Assembly: GCA_040390065.1 (NCBI GenBank)
Contig: JAZJZE010000009.1
Coordinates: forward strand, 346,930 to 410,929
Source of the DNA: a bacterium
GTDB lineage: Archaea > Thermoplasmatota > E2 > JACPAO01 > JAHFTW01
Reading direction: 5' to 3'
Length of the DNA: 64,000 nt
Below, piece after piece: positions 37,402 through 46,227 of this stretch. Below the pieces are notes generated by a model. That model worked only from the letters and a program-made list of their open reading frames with translations. It was not told the origin of the DNA and made no database searches. The position numbers and the translations under genes were made by a program. Position 1 is the stretch's first letter. Each line of letters starts with the position of its first letter.

Positions 37402-38820
37402 TCACCAGGCGTTGCCGCGAACGACGGACTCGTCCATCTCAGCAACGTGGAACGCGCCGAGAAGGTCCGTGTAGTACACGTATTTCCCCCTCGGGATGGC
37501 ATCGTACACGACCGGGTCCGTCGTGTAGCCCAGGTAGGGGATTGCCGTCCGGCCGTGCGGTTGCACGAAGCCCAACATGACAGGCTGCTGTGCCTTCGCC
37601 AAGGTCGACACATCGAGAACGATGAGGCCGGCGTGCATGTGCGGCACGAAGAGTGTGCCATTGCGGATCTCGGTGCGGTCCGTGGAGAACATGTACGTGC
37701 CCCCCTCCGCCGGGTGTAATCCCGGAAGCTGCCACGTCCCGATGAGCTTGGGCGCCACGAAATCGGTTGCATCGACGATCCACAGGATGCCCTGCCGCGG
37801 ATAGCTCGTCGGATATTCGGGGGCAACCACGGCGATGCGGTGGCCTTCGATGGCCGTGAACTCCACGTTGTGCACGTTGCCCGGCATGACGACGGTGAAG
37901 GCGTCCCATTTGCCGAGGAACTTGGGGTTGGCTGGGTCGGAGACATCGACGAAGTGCGCGCCTCCCCGCCAATGGGCGACGGCCATGAGGGGCTTGCCGC
38001 TGAGCGGGTCCGGGTCGACGGTGACGTCGTGGATGTTGTAGGAGGAGAAGCCGTCCTGGCGATTGAGGGCGGCCTGCATGCCTTCCGGACTCTGGTACGT
38101 CGCGACAGGCGTCACGTGCGGCGCGGGCGTCGCGTCGAACCGCACGATGTCAATCTGCGCAAGCGCATTGTTCGTGCCAAAAATGTACGTTGCACCCCCG
38201 ATGACCTCGATATCGAGACGATGCCAACCGTTTCCACCTGGCACACCCTGCACCGTGGAGCCAGGCGAGCGCCAGAACGTCGCCAGCGTCGGGTGGGACA
38301 AGTCCGCCAAGTCGACGACCTGGAGGCCGCCGTCGCCGATGTACGGCAAGCCGCCGCCGGCCGCGTCGTTCTCCGCCGTGACGAGAGGCATCGTCGGCAC
38401 GAAGGCCCAGCGACCGTCGGCACTGACCTCCACGTCATTCGTGTCCGCCGTGCCCGCATCGAAACGGCCGACCTCGCGAGGCAGCGCCGCATCGGCGATG
38501 TCCAAGATGACGAAGCCCGCCGACGGGTGGAACAACGACACGAATGCATAGTGGCTCCAGATCGTGAACTCCGACGGCGGCGACGTCGACCCCGAGCCGT
38601 TCATGGGGAGCGTGGACTCGAAGACGTCATGCATGTGCCACGACGCGCCAGGATGCGCGGCCGGGTCCGAGTGGTCGTGGTCGTTGACGAGGTTGGCCTC
38701 GAGGAACGCCAGGCCGGCGGCTTCGTCGTCGGCAGGGGGGGACGGCGGGGCTGGTGTCGTGCAGCCGGCAAGGACACAGAGCAGGAGCAGGATGGCGGCG
38801 ACGACGTGTTGGATGCCCAC
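37402..38820 (-). CDS. LVIVD-repeat beta-propeller lipoprotein
   Basis: LAGC lipobox; GFVILDIAD, GLQVVDLAD, FVDVSDPANP, HAGLIVLDVS; distant paralog of 9323..10846. Confidence 0.85.
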   Translation of the reverse strand: MGIQHVVAAILLLLCVLAGCTTPAPPSPPADDEAAGLAFLEANLVNDHDHSDPAAHPGASWHMHDVFESTLPMNGSGSTSPPSEFTIWSHYAFVSLFHPSAGFVILDIADAALPREVGRFDAGTADTNDVEVSADGRWAFVPTMPLVTAENDAAGGGLPYIGDGGLQVVDLADLSHPTLATFWRSPGSTVQGVPGGNGWHRLDIEVIGGATYIFGTNNALAQIDIVRFDATPAPHVTPVATYQSPEGMQAALNRQDGFSSYNIHDVTVDPDPLSGKPLMAVAHWRGGAHFVDVSDPANPKFLGKWDAFTVVMPGNVHNVEFTAIEGHRIAVVAPEYPTSYPRQGILWIVDATDFVAPKLIGTWQLPGLHPAEGGTYMFSTDRTEIRNGTLFVPHMHAGLIVLDVSTLAKAQQPVMLGFVQPHGRTAIPYLGYTTDPVVYDAIPRGKYVYYTDLLGAFHVAEMDESVVRGNAW

Positions 38821-38863
38821 GGCCGCCGGAGGCGAGGCGGGTGTCTTGAAGGAATCGCGCGCC

Positions 38864-39739
38864 CTAATTCCCCTTGAAGTTCGCGACCCTCTTCTCGACG
38901 TACGCGGCGATGCCTTCCTTGGCATCCTTGGATCCAAAGAGTTCAGCCTGCAATTCGCGCTCCAAGGCCAAGCCGTACTCCAACGGAATCTCGGCACCGG
39001 ACTGCACGGCGCGCTTGATGCGGCCGGCCGCCATGGCCGCCTTGTTCGGGGTACTGAACTGGCCCGCGTAGTCGAGGATTGCCTGGCGGAAATCCGCAGC
39101 ACTTCCCGGGTAGATGTCCGTCACGATGCCGAGGTTCTTCGCATCCTCGAAACTGATGTTGTTGCCCGTCACCATGAGCTCGATGGCCTTGGGCTTGCCA
39201 ACGAGGCGAGCCAGGCGCTGCGTGCCCCCGGTACCGGCCAGCACACCCAAGTTGATCTCCGGCAGCCCGACCTTGCCCGCATCCTTGCGCGCGATTCGCA
39301 AATCCGCCGCCATGGCAATCTCCAAACCACCGCCGACTGCGTGGCCATTCAAGGCCGCGATGACCAACTTCGGCGTCTGCTCGAGGCGGCTCAACGTCTC
39401 GTTCGCATGCAAACAGAAGAAATACTTGTAGCCAGGAGTGACCTTGTTCAACATCTGGATGCTGGCCCCCGCCGAGAAGAACTTCTCGCCGTGCCCAATG
39501 AGGACGATGACGTGCACATTGTCATCGAAGCGCGCCTTCAGCACAGCCTCGTCGATGTCCCGCATCATCTCATGCGTGTACGTGTTCGGCCCCGACGCGC
39601 CCTCCTTGAGCGGCGCACCAGCCGAGTCGCTTGCCAACTCGATGACCGCGATGCCATTCGGCGTCACGCCATAGTTCACCAAACGGTTCGCCATCGGCGA
39701 GAGCTTCAAGGCAGTCTGGGCGGGCGCATTCTGGGCCAT
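38864..39739 (-). CDS. Enoyl-CoA hydratase/crotonase family
   Basis: FFSAGA, ALNGHAVGGGLEIAMAADLR, GLPEINLGVLAGTGGTQRL. Confidence 0.93.
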   Translation of the reverse strand: MAQNAPAQTALKLSPMANRLVNYGVTPNGIAVIELASDSAGAPLKEGASGPNTYTHEMMRDIDEAVLKARFDDNVHVIVLIGHGEKFFSAGASIQMLNKVTPGYKYFFCLHANETLSRLEQTPKLVIAALNGHAVGGGLEIAMAADLRIARKDAGKVGLPEINLGVLAGTGGTQRLARLVGKPKAIELMVTGNNISFEDAKNLGIVTDIYPGSAADFRQAILDYAGQFSTPNKAAMAAGRIKRAVQSGAEIPLEYGLALERELQAELFGSKDAKEGIAAYVEKRVANFKGN

Positions 39740-39839
39740 ACCACGCCCAGGAACGCCCCGTTCTTCAAGCCTTGGCCATGAGCCCCACTCCCACGAACAA
39801 GCCGGCGCACCCTTTATACGCCAAGGCAAGTCGGCCACA

Positions 39840-40169
39840 ATGACCGGCAACGGCTGGCACGCAGCCCTCCCCCTGACGGACGTGCCCAACGGCCGACCGC
39901 ACGAAGCCACCATCGCCGGCGTCAGCGTCCTCATCATCCGCCAAGGCAACGACGTCTACGCGACCACCCTCCACTGCCCCCACAAATTCGGCAACCTCGC
40001 CGAAGGCACCCTCGCCGGCCGTCTGCTGACCTGCCCCCAACACACGGCCACCTTCGACCTCGCCACCGGCCGACCCCGCCCGGGCGAAGAATGGGCCGGC
40101 AACCTCACCACATACGCATGCCGCGTCCGCGAAGGCCTCGTCGAAGTCCAACTCCCAGCCCTCGCCTGA
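39840..40169 (+). CDS. Rieske [2Fe-2S] ferredoxin
   Basis: CPH...CPQH..FDLATG. Confidence 0.92.
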   Translation: MTGNGWHAALPLTDVPNGRPHEATIAGVSVLIIRQGNDVYATTLHCPHKFGNLAEGTLAGRLLTCPQHTATFDLATGRPRPGEEWAGNLTTYACRVREGLVEVQLPALA

Positions 40170-40175
40170 ACCAGC

Positions 40176-40958
40176 CTAAATCGAATTCAGACGCCCGCCA
40201 TCCACCGGCATCACGATACCACGTACGAACGACGCAGCCGGCGAACAAAGGAACGCTACCGCGGCACCAATCTCCTCCGGGCGCCCCAACCGACCCTCGG
40301 GCTGCGCATCGATCCAACCCTGCCGCACCTGCGCCACCGACTTCCCCGTCCGCTTCGACGTCGCGTCACTCAGCTCGCTCAAACGCTCCGTGTCGGTGTA
40401 CCCCGGCAGAATGCAATTCACCGTGATCCCCGGCGGCAACTCCTTACTGAGCGTCTTCGACCAAGACGCCATGCTCGCCCGCATCGCATTGCCAATGCCA
40501 AGACCGACAATCGGCTCCCGCACCGACGTCGACAAAATGCTCACGATACGACCATACCCCGCCGCCTTCATCCCCGGCACACAAATCTGCGCCAACAGAT
40601 GACTCGCCAACTGGATACGCCCATACGCCTTCAACAAATCCGCCTCCGACACCTCCAACAACGGCAACGACGGCGGCCCCCCCTGATTGTTCACGAGGAT
40701 GTGCACCGGATGCTGCCGCACATGCGCCTCCACCTTGACACGCAACCCCACCCGGTCCTCCAAATCACAGGGCAAGACATGCACATGGCTGGCCCCAGCA
40801 GCCAACACCTCCTTCGCCGCATCGCGCAACTCGCCCTCGCGCCGCGCCAGCAACGTCACAATCGCACCGAGACGCCCCAGCTCGACCGCCGCGGCACGCC
40901 CAAGCCCCGCCGACGCCCCGCAAACAAGCGCATGCCGACCCTTCAAAGAAAGATCCAC
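40176..40958 (-). CDS. SDR oxidoreductase (atypical FabG-like)
   Basis: CGASAGLG, ILVNNQGGPP, TVNCILPGYTDTER, GRLGRPEE, VDGG. Confidence 0.92.
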   Translation of the reverse strand: MDLSLKGRHALVCGASAGLGRAAAVELGRLGAIVTLLARREGELRDAAKEVLAAGASHVHVLPCDLEDRVGLRVKVEAHVRQHPVHILVNNQGGPPSLPLLEVSEADLLKAYGRIQLASHLLAQICVPGMKAAGYGRIVSILSTSVREPIVGLGIGNAMRASMASWSKTLSKELPPGITVNCILPGYTDTERLSELSDATSKRTGKSVAQVRQGWIDAQPEGRLGRPEEIGAAVAFLCSPAASFVRGIVMPVDGGRLNSI

Positions 40959-40980
40959 GCCGCCCCCACGCCGCGGCCAC

Positions 40981-41163
40981 CTAAGACGCTTGGCCCGACC
41001 AAGGACCCGGCAAACCCACCCACCCCCCACGCTCCTCCCAGAACAAGAACGCCTCCTCGACCACCTCATGCAACGCCTGACGCGGATGCAAACGATGGCG
41101 CGCGATGAGATCACGAAGATAGGCGGGAATTTCGATGGTGGTGGAATCCGTGGTGCGGACCAT
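40981..41163 (-). CDS. Small ribbon-helix-helix-like protein (60 aa), paralog of 18670..18843
   Basis: TTIEIPAYLRDLI..LHPRQALHEVVE..FWEERGGW. Confidence 0.7.
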   Translation of the reverse strand: MVRTTDSTTIEIPAYLRDLIARHRLHPRQALHEVVEEAFLFWEERGGWVGLPGPWSGQAS

Positions 41164-41179
41164 GGCATAGGCACCGCGC

Positions 41180-41195
41180 GGTTCCTATAGGAGCC
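41180..41195. promoter_or_regulatory. Near-palindrome GGTTCCTATAGGAGCC over the probable TATA box of the RHH gene
   Basis: Perfect core TCCTATAGGA ~20-28 nt upstream of ATG 41163. Confidence 0.45.
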
Positions 41196-41249
41196 TCGCG
41201 GCGGGGGAACCGAAATCGCACAGCGGTTGGTGGCGCGGCCAGGCGCCGG

Positions 41250-41975
41250 CTATGGGATAAGCACGGCCCGCACCGGGCTGGCGTCGGCGCCTTCCAGCCG
41301 TAGGGGCAAGGCGATCAGGGTGTATGTTCCGGGCTTGACGTGGGCCAGGACGAGGCCTTCGAGGTTGACCATGCCGCGGGCGAAGAGGCGTTTGTGGGCT
41401 TCGAGGCCCTTGGAGGCGAAGAGGTCGGTGGAGGGTGTGTCCAACCCTACCAGGATGCAGCCGGCGTCGGCGAGGTGGTCGATGAGTTTTGGGTCGGGGG
41501 CGGCGAAGTCTTCGTTCCATTCGGTGGGGTCGGGGAATGTGCCGGTTTTGAGGAGGACGCGTGGCGTCGTGATGGGGGATGTGAGGTGAGCCGGGAGGAT
41601 GCGCTTGCCCCTTGCAGTCGTGGTCTCGATGACTTGGCAGGGTCCATAGTATGCCGTCAGGGGCATGGTGGCTGCGTCCGGGCCGTCGGTGGCGTAGTGG
41701 CGGTGGGCGTCGGTGTGGGCTCCGACGTGGAAGGAGGTGTGCATGCTGCCGATGTCGATGCCGTCTTTGTGCACGTCGGATGACTTCTCCATCTTGTAGG
41801 GGATGTCGCCGGGCCAGTTCTTGATTGCGTCGTTGATGGGGGGGGAGATGTCGATGAAGCGGACGAGCTCCTCTTTGGGCATGCCTGGCAGTCCCTTGTC
41901 GGCGGCGGCGCGGTCGGCGGCTCGGTCCGCGGCGCGGGCGGCGCTTTGGACGTCGCGCCAGGAGCCGGACTTCAT
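41250..41975 (-). CDS. kynB: Cyclase family / kynurenine formamidase
   Basis: IDISPP..WPGD, HVGAHTDAHRH, GLDTPSTD, NLEGL, GADASPVRAVL. Confidence 0.85.
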   Translation of the reverse strand: MKSGSWRDVQSAARAADRAADRAAADKGLPGMPKEELVRFIDISPPINDAIKNWPGDIPYKMEKSSDVHKDGIDIGSMHTSFHVGAHTDAHRHYATDGPDAATMPLTAYYGPCQVIETTTARGKRILPAHLTSPITTPRVLLKTGTFPDPTEWNEDFAAPDPKLIDHLADAGCILVGLDTPSTDLFASKGLEAHKRLFARGMVNLEGLVLAHVKPGTYTLIALPLRLEGADASPVRAVLIP

Positions 41976-43684
41976 GGGTGCGCCTTGGTTGGCATCTTGG
42001 CGACGACTTTGAGTTCCACGGCGATGGGGCCAGGGAGGGCTTGCACTTCAACTGTCGTGCGCGCTGGCTGGATGTTGCCGAAGTACTCATTGTAGACGGT
42101 GTTGAAGTCGGCGAAGTCGCGTTTCATGTCGATGAGGAAGGCGCTGACGTCGAAGACGTCTTCGAGGCTGGCTCCGGATTCTTGGAGGATGGTCTTGATG
42201 TTCTCGATGCATTGGCGGGTCTGCGCCTTGACGTCGTAGGCGAGGCGTTTGCCGTGTGCGTCGTGGACGGGGCCGCCGGTCGTCGCATTGGTTTTCGGGT
42301 GGCGGGGACCGATGCCGGCCAGGTACAGGAGGTCGCCGACGCGGCGGGCGTGGGCGTAGGCGGCGTAGGGTTTGGGGGCTTTGCTCGTCGCCACGACGCC
42401 TGACTTGTCAACAGATGGAACAGATGCACTAGATGACGAAATCTGTTTCTTCTCTTTCATCTGTTGACCCGTAGGGCGGGCAGCGGCCGTTTCCTGCAGC
42501 AAGGGCGAGCCGCCCCGCGGCCCTTCCGTCTTCGATGGCATGCGGCCTTCCCACTTGTCGCCCTCCTCCATGGTGAGGACGTTGAGTTGCGTTGCGCCGC
42601 CCGCGGAGCCGGAGGAGAGGACGTTGCGGTCGCCGCCGAAGTATTCGGCGTCGTCTTCGTCGAACTCCTTGTCGGCCGTGGCCTTCAAAGTCGGAGTGAG
42701 ACCGACGACGGCTGCGCCCGTCCCGTAGATGGGCTCGTAGGCGAACACGTTGCCGTCGTAGTGGTTGCTGGCGCCCATCACGGCGGACAGCCACCAGATG
42801 GCCTTCATCTTCTGGTCGCCGTTGGCTTGACCGGAGAATTCGCGGGCGAGTTGGCTCGCGTCCTCGAGGCGACCCTTGCCGAGGAATTCCAGGTACTTGC
42901 GGTTCCACTCGTCGTCCTTGAGGCTATGGATGCGGTCCTTCGCGAAGGGAATGATATCCGTGTGCATGCGGTTGCTGAGGGCCGTTACCGCAATTGCCAC
43001 GACGCGCTTGCCGGATGCTTGGACGGCGTCGCGGGCGGCCTTGCCGAGGACAATTGTCTCGGCGCGGTCGGCGTACATGTTGCACGACACGATCGAGGCC
43101 GCAATTTCATTCTTTGGCGACAATAGTTTGAGGGCCACGACGGAGCCGGTGTCGATGGGAAAACCGTGGTAGTCCACGGTGCGCATCTCCAGGCCGCGCT
43201 TCTCGCCGTGCTCGACGTACGACTTGCCAAAGGCTGGGTCCATGCGGAGCTTGTACGGAATGGAGCCGAGTTCATGCCATTCGGGGTCGACGTGGTTCCA
43301 CTCCGGCGCCGGCCGCGCTTGGACTTGGTGGCCGATGACCGAGAGCCACTGCGTCGAGTACAGCAAGAGGAGGTCGGGCTTGAGGCGCTTGATCTCGGCG
43401 CGCACGGACTCATAGGCGTCGCGGACGCGTTGGTACGCCGGATTCGCTTCGGGGATGAGGTAGGGGTGCGGAAGGCCAGGGACGATGAAGGCGGCGATGA
43501 GGCCTGGGCGCCCGTTCACCGACTGCGCCGCGGATGGCGCTGAGACCGCGGCGGCGTTCGGTTTCATCTGTTTCACGGGTTGACTCGACGAGCCACGGGC
43601 CGAACGAACCAAGGAACGCACAGACCCCGCTGAACGCGTGTTCTGTGGTTTCTGTAAAGTCTGCGGTTTGGTTTTGCGGGTCAT
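41972..43684 (-). CDS. amnA-amnD: 2-aminophenol 1,6-dioxygenase alpha subunit fused to RidA-family 2-aminomuconate deaminase
   Basis: AFIVPGLP, LYSTQWL, HVDPEW, GFPIDTG, DDEWNR, YGTGAAV (AmnA-like); YAHARRVGDLLYLAGIGPR..PARTTVEV..LPGPIAVELK (RidA). Confidence 0.85.
   Translation of the reverse strand: MTRKTKPQTLQKPQNTRSAGSVRSLVRSARGSSSQPVKQMKPNAAAVSAPSAAQSVNGRPGLIAAFIVPGLPHPYLIPEANPAYQRVRDAYESVRAEIKRLKPDLLLLYSTQWLSVIGHQVQARPAPEWNHVDPEWHELGSIPYKLRMDPAFGKSYVEHGEKRGLEMRTVDYHGFPIDTGSVVALKLLSPKNEIAASIVSCNMYADRAETIVLGKAARDAVQASGKRVVAIAVTALSNRMHTDIIPFAKDRIHSLKDDEWNRKYLEFLGKGRLEDASQLAREFSGQANGDQKMKAIWWLSAVMGASNHYDGNVFAYEPIYGTGAAVVGLTPTLKATADKEFDEDDAEYFGGDRNVLSSGSAGGATQLNVLTMEEGDKWEGRMPSKTEGPRGGSPLLQETAAARPTGQQMKEKKQISSSSASVPSVDKSGVVATSKAPKPYAAYAHARRVGDLLYLAGIGPRHPKTNATTGGPVHDAHGKRLAYDVKAQTRQCIENIKTILQESGASLEDVFDVSAFLIDMKRDFADFNTVYNEYFGNIQPARTTVEVQALPGPIAVELKVVAKMPTKAHP
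42407..42468. repeat. 9-mer palindromic element (copy B) in the AmnA-RidA linker
   Basis: GTCAACAGAT-GGAACAGAT-GCACTAGAT-GACGAA-ATCTGTTTC-TTCTCTTTC-ATCTGTTGAC. Confidence 0.88.
43514..43584. repeat. Degenerate 9-mer palindromic element (copy E)
   Basis: Right arm TTCGGTTTC-ATCTGTTTC-ACGGGTTGAC; left arm eroded. Confidence 0.5.
43599..43684 (-). repeat. N-terminal hairpin cassette (copy F)
   Basis: Homologous to 50987..51069; includes the start codon of amnA. Confidence 0.8.
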
Positions 43685-43939
43685 TTACGCTTCCCCCCGG
43701 CGAGGTGAGCGCGCAGCGATGGCAACCAGGCAACCCGCGGCCGCGCCCGCCACGAGTGCCGTGAGTACGGCCAGCAACGTCCCGCCACCGCCCTCGTACC
43801 AGCCTGCGGAGCGGCCACTGACTTCGCGTGCCACCGACCAAGCGAAGAGAGCCCCGTAGCTTGCGACGCCAACCACGATTCCAGCCACGATTGCACGTCT
43901 TGCAGCCCGGTTCGTTCGCGAGGCGGCTGGGACGCCCAT
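43685..43939 (-). CDS. Small two-TM membrane protein inside operon
   Basis: Abuts both neighbours with 0-nt gaps; two hydrophobic helices. Confidence 0.6.
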   Translation of the reverse strand: MGVPAASRTNRAARRAIVAGIVVGVASYGALFAWSVAREVSGRSAGWYEGGGGTLLAVLTALVAGAAAGCLVAIAARSPRRGEA

Positions 43940-44914
43940 CTACGTCCGCCCCCTCGGCGTGACTCGCCGCGTCTCCGGATTAGGGTCCCACTCCACGACG
44001 GCGTTGCCGGTGCCGATGACGGTGCCGTAGCCGTGCAGTTCCGCCGGGTACTTTGGGTACGAAAGTGCGGAAAGTAACCAGGACAGGCAACCGGCGTCGG
44101 CCTCGCTCGTCGCGTCGTCGATGAGGTCCGGCATCTCGTCGAACAGCTGCGCCGCGCGTCCTTCGCGCATGAGGCGGATGGCGTGCATGTCCCACAGGTA
44201 TTGTCCGTGGTGGTAGATGCGTTCCTGGCTCATGTCTTCGGGGAGGGCGCCTTCGCGCGTGAAGTGCCGATGGCTGATGGAATTGCTCGCGAGGAGGAGG
44301 GCGCGGCGTCCCGACTTCTCCACGGCGCGGCGCGTCGCTTCGCCGAGGGCCTTCTGCTGGGCTTGTCCGACGTCGTTGCTGTAATATTTATACGAACCAT
44401 TGGATGAAATGCCGACGATGGGTTTGTCCCACTTGGGATTCACCATGTGGCACGCCGCGATGGTGCCGTAGTCGACGCGGTATGCCGGGTTGCGCATCAT
44501 CTTCGTGACGAGGCCGGCGCCGCGGGCTTCCTTCTCGATGACCTCGGCGAGCTCGACGTCGACGTCGATGTCGCACTTGAAGCGGAAGAGGTTCGGGAAG
44601 ATCGGGTCGACGCTCAGGTTCGAGAAGTGCTTCACGCCGAGGAAGTGGTGGCCGACTTGGGTTCTCCAATGCGGCGAGTGCACGATGATGACATCGTATT
44701 CGCGCATCTTGCGGTCGAGGCTTGCCCGCAGCCGTTCGTAGCCCCACCGAACCGGCTCCCAGCCGCACTCGGCCGTCGCCTCGTTCTCTGGCGGGTTGTC
44801 GGCGTAGACGAGGTGGGGCGGATGCGGCGAGAGGCAACCGGCCACGATGCGGCCTTGCTGCGCCGTCGGCTGGGGGCGATTTTGGGCTTTGCCACGCGGG
44901 GCTTGCCGTGCCAT
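43940..44914 (-). CDS. amnB: 2-aminophenol 1,6-dioxygenase beta (catalytic) subunit
   Basis: SPHPPHLVYADNPPENE, VHSPHW, SVDPIFPNLFR, MMRNPAYRVDYGT, GYGTVIGTGNAVVEW, close to the recalled AmnB sequence. Confidence 0.9.
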   Translation of the reverse strand: MARQAPRGKAQNRPQPTAQQGRIVAGCLSPHPPHLVYADNPPENEATAECGWEPVRWGYERLRASLDRKMREYDVIIVHSPHWRTQVGHHFLGVKHFSNLSVDPIFPNLFRFKCDIDVDVELAEVIEKEARGAGLVTKMMRNPAYRVDYGTIAACHMVNPKWDKPIVGISSNGSYKYYSNDVGQAQQKALGEATRRAVEKSGRRALLLASNSISHRHFTREGALPEDMSQERIYHHGQYLWDMHAIRLMREGRAAQLFDEMPDLIDDATSEADAGCLSWLLSALSYPKYPAELHGYGTVIGTGNAVVEWDPNPETRRVTPRGRT

Positions 44915-44990
44915 CGCCGAAGACGACCGCCGCTTGCCGTATCACTGTTTTGGACCCGGCCTGGCCCACGCTTACGTGGCCGGCTGGCGC

Positions 44991-45203
44991 CTACACGACG
45001 TGCAGGGCTTCGTTGGCATCCGCTTGACCGATGGCGCCCATCGACGGGGCATGCCGGCAGCGCGGGCACGGCACGCCGACGCTCTGCGTCTTCGCCCAAG
45101 CGACGAACACGCCGGTCCCGTGGCACGTTGGACACCCATGCGGTGGCTCGAAGATGATGCCAAGGGCGGTATCCCCGATACGCCAACTCCTTTGGGGTTC
45201 CAT
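44991..45203 (-). CDS. Small DnaJ-type Zn-finger protein
   Basis: CPTCHGTGVF..CPRC; paralog of 55042..55233. Confidence 0.6.
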   Translation of the reverse strand: MEPQRSWRIGDTALGIIFEPPHGCPTCHGTGVFVAWAKTQSVGVPCPRCRHAPSMGAIGQADANEALHVV

Positions 45204-45304
45204 GGCCCCACCTTCCGAGGCGCGCGCCCATAAGGCGTGGGTTTGCCAACGCCGCCCACACCCGCCAGGTCCCAGGAGGCAACCTTGAAGGGGGAGCCCC
45301 ATGC

Positions 45305-45613
45305 GTGGCCGTGGACGAAGCCGGGTTGGCGGAGGCCCAAGCCGACTTGGTGGCCTGGGGTCTCCTCGACGACGGCGTCCCCGTCCAGGTGTCACGCCGT
45401 GGCCGAGCCGCCCTGGCACGTGCCGCCGCCTTTCTTCGCGAAGAAGAAGTCCAGGGCCGACCGCGCGAAGGGCATCCGCTCTTGCTGACCGCCGAGATCG
45501 CAATCGCGGCGGCCTTGCCCGAGGGGGCATCCGCGACCGTGGAGCACCACCGCCTGCTGGCCGCCGTGGAGCTCGCGTCCCTTCCAGAGGGTGTGCGCGG
45601 GATGTTCACCTAG
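45305..45613 (+). CDS. Hypothetical protein
   Basis: Fills gap; convergent stop overlap with AhpD gene. Confidence 0.5.
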   Translation: MAVDEAGLAEAQADLVAWGLLDDGVPVQVSRRGRAALARAAAFLREEEVQGRPREGHPLLLTAEIAIAAALPEGASATVEHHRLLAAVELASLPEGVRGMFT

Positions 45614-46104
45614 CGGCTCTTGGCCGTGACGACGGGGCGCCCCGCCGTCGGCGTCGGGGGCGCCTGAGCCTTCAGGTAGGCGACGATCTGGTTCAGTTCC
45701 TTGTCGAATGTCGCCTGCGGCATTGCCGTCCCGTTGAGGATGGTCGAGCCTTGACGCGTCAGGCTGGCCATGAAGACGGCTTCCTGGATCTCCTGCTCGG
45801 TTGCGCCGTTGAGGCGAGCCGCTTCGGTGTGGAAGAGCACGCAGTAGTGGCACGGGATCTGGGCGGAGACGCCGAGGCCGATTAGTTCCTTGACCTTCCC
45901 GGAGAGCGCCGTCTTGTCCGACAGCTGGAAGTCGCGCAGGCCGGCCCACCAGAGCCGGAATTCGTTGGGCTGCAGGACGTTGGCAAAGGATGGCACCATG
46001 CCGAAGGTCTTCGTCAGTTCCGTCTTGAGGTCATTGGGCAGGCTTGTCGGAGGGTTGGATGTGGGCATGTTGGGCACCCGACCAGGGGCATTCCCGTCAC
46101 CCAT
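45610..46104 (-). CDS. Carboxymuconolactone decarboxylase/AhpD family
   Basis: KELIGLGVSAQIPCHYCVLFHTEAARLNGATEQEI. Confidence 0.9.
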   Translation of the reverse strand: MGDGNAPGRVPNMPTSNPPTSLPNDLKTELTKTFGMVPSFANVLQPNEFRLWWAGLRDFQLSDKTALSGKVKELIGLGVSAQIPCHYCVLFHTEAARLNGATEQEIQEAVFMASLTRQGSTILNGTAMPQATFDKELNQIVAYLKAQAPPTPTAGRPVVTAKSR

Positions 46105-46227
46105 ATGAGGGGGAGGGCCGAGGCAGGCACCGCCGACCCGGTTGCTTGCTCCTGGACCAGGATCATCGCCGGTTCCTTGCAGCTCACGCGTGGCCCGCGC
46201 CTGGAATCGCCCGCCAGCTCTCGCCGG

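Noticed and set aside
41163-41250. Canonical ORB-containing replication origin at skew-flip centres
   Set aside because: No convincing GTTCCAnnnGAAAC/G-string repeats, no AT-rich unwinding element, no adjacent orc1/cdc6
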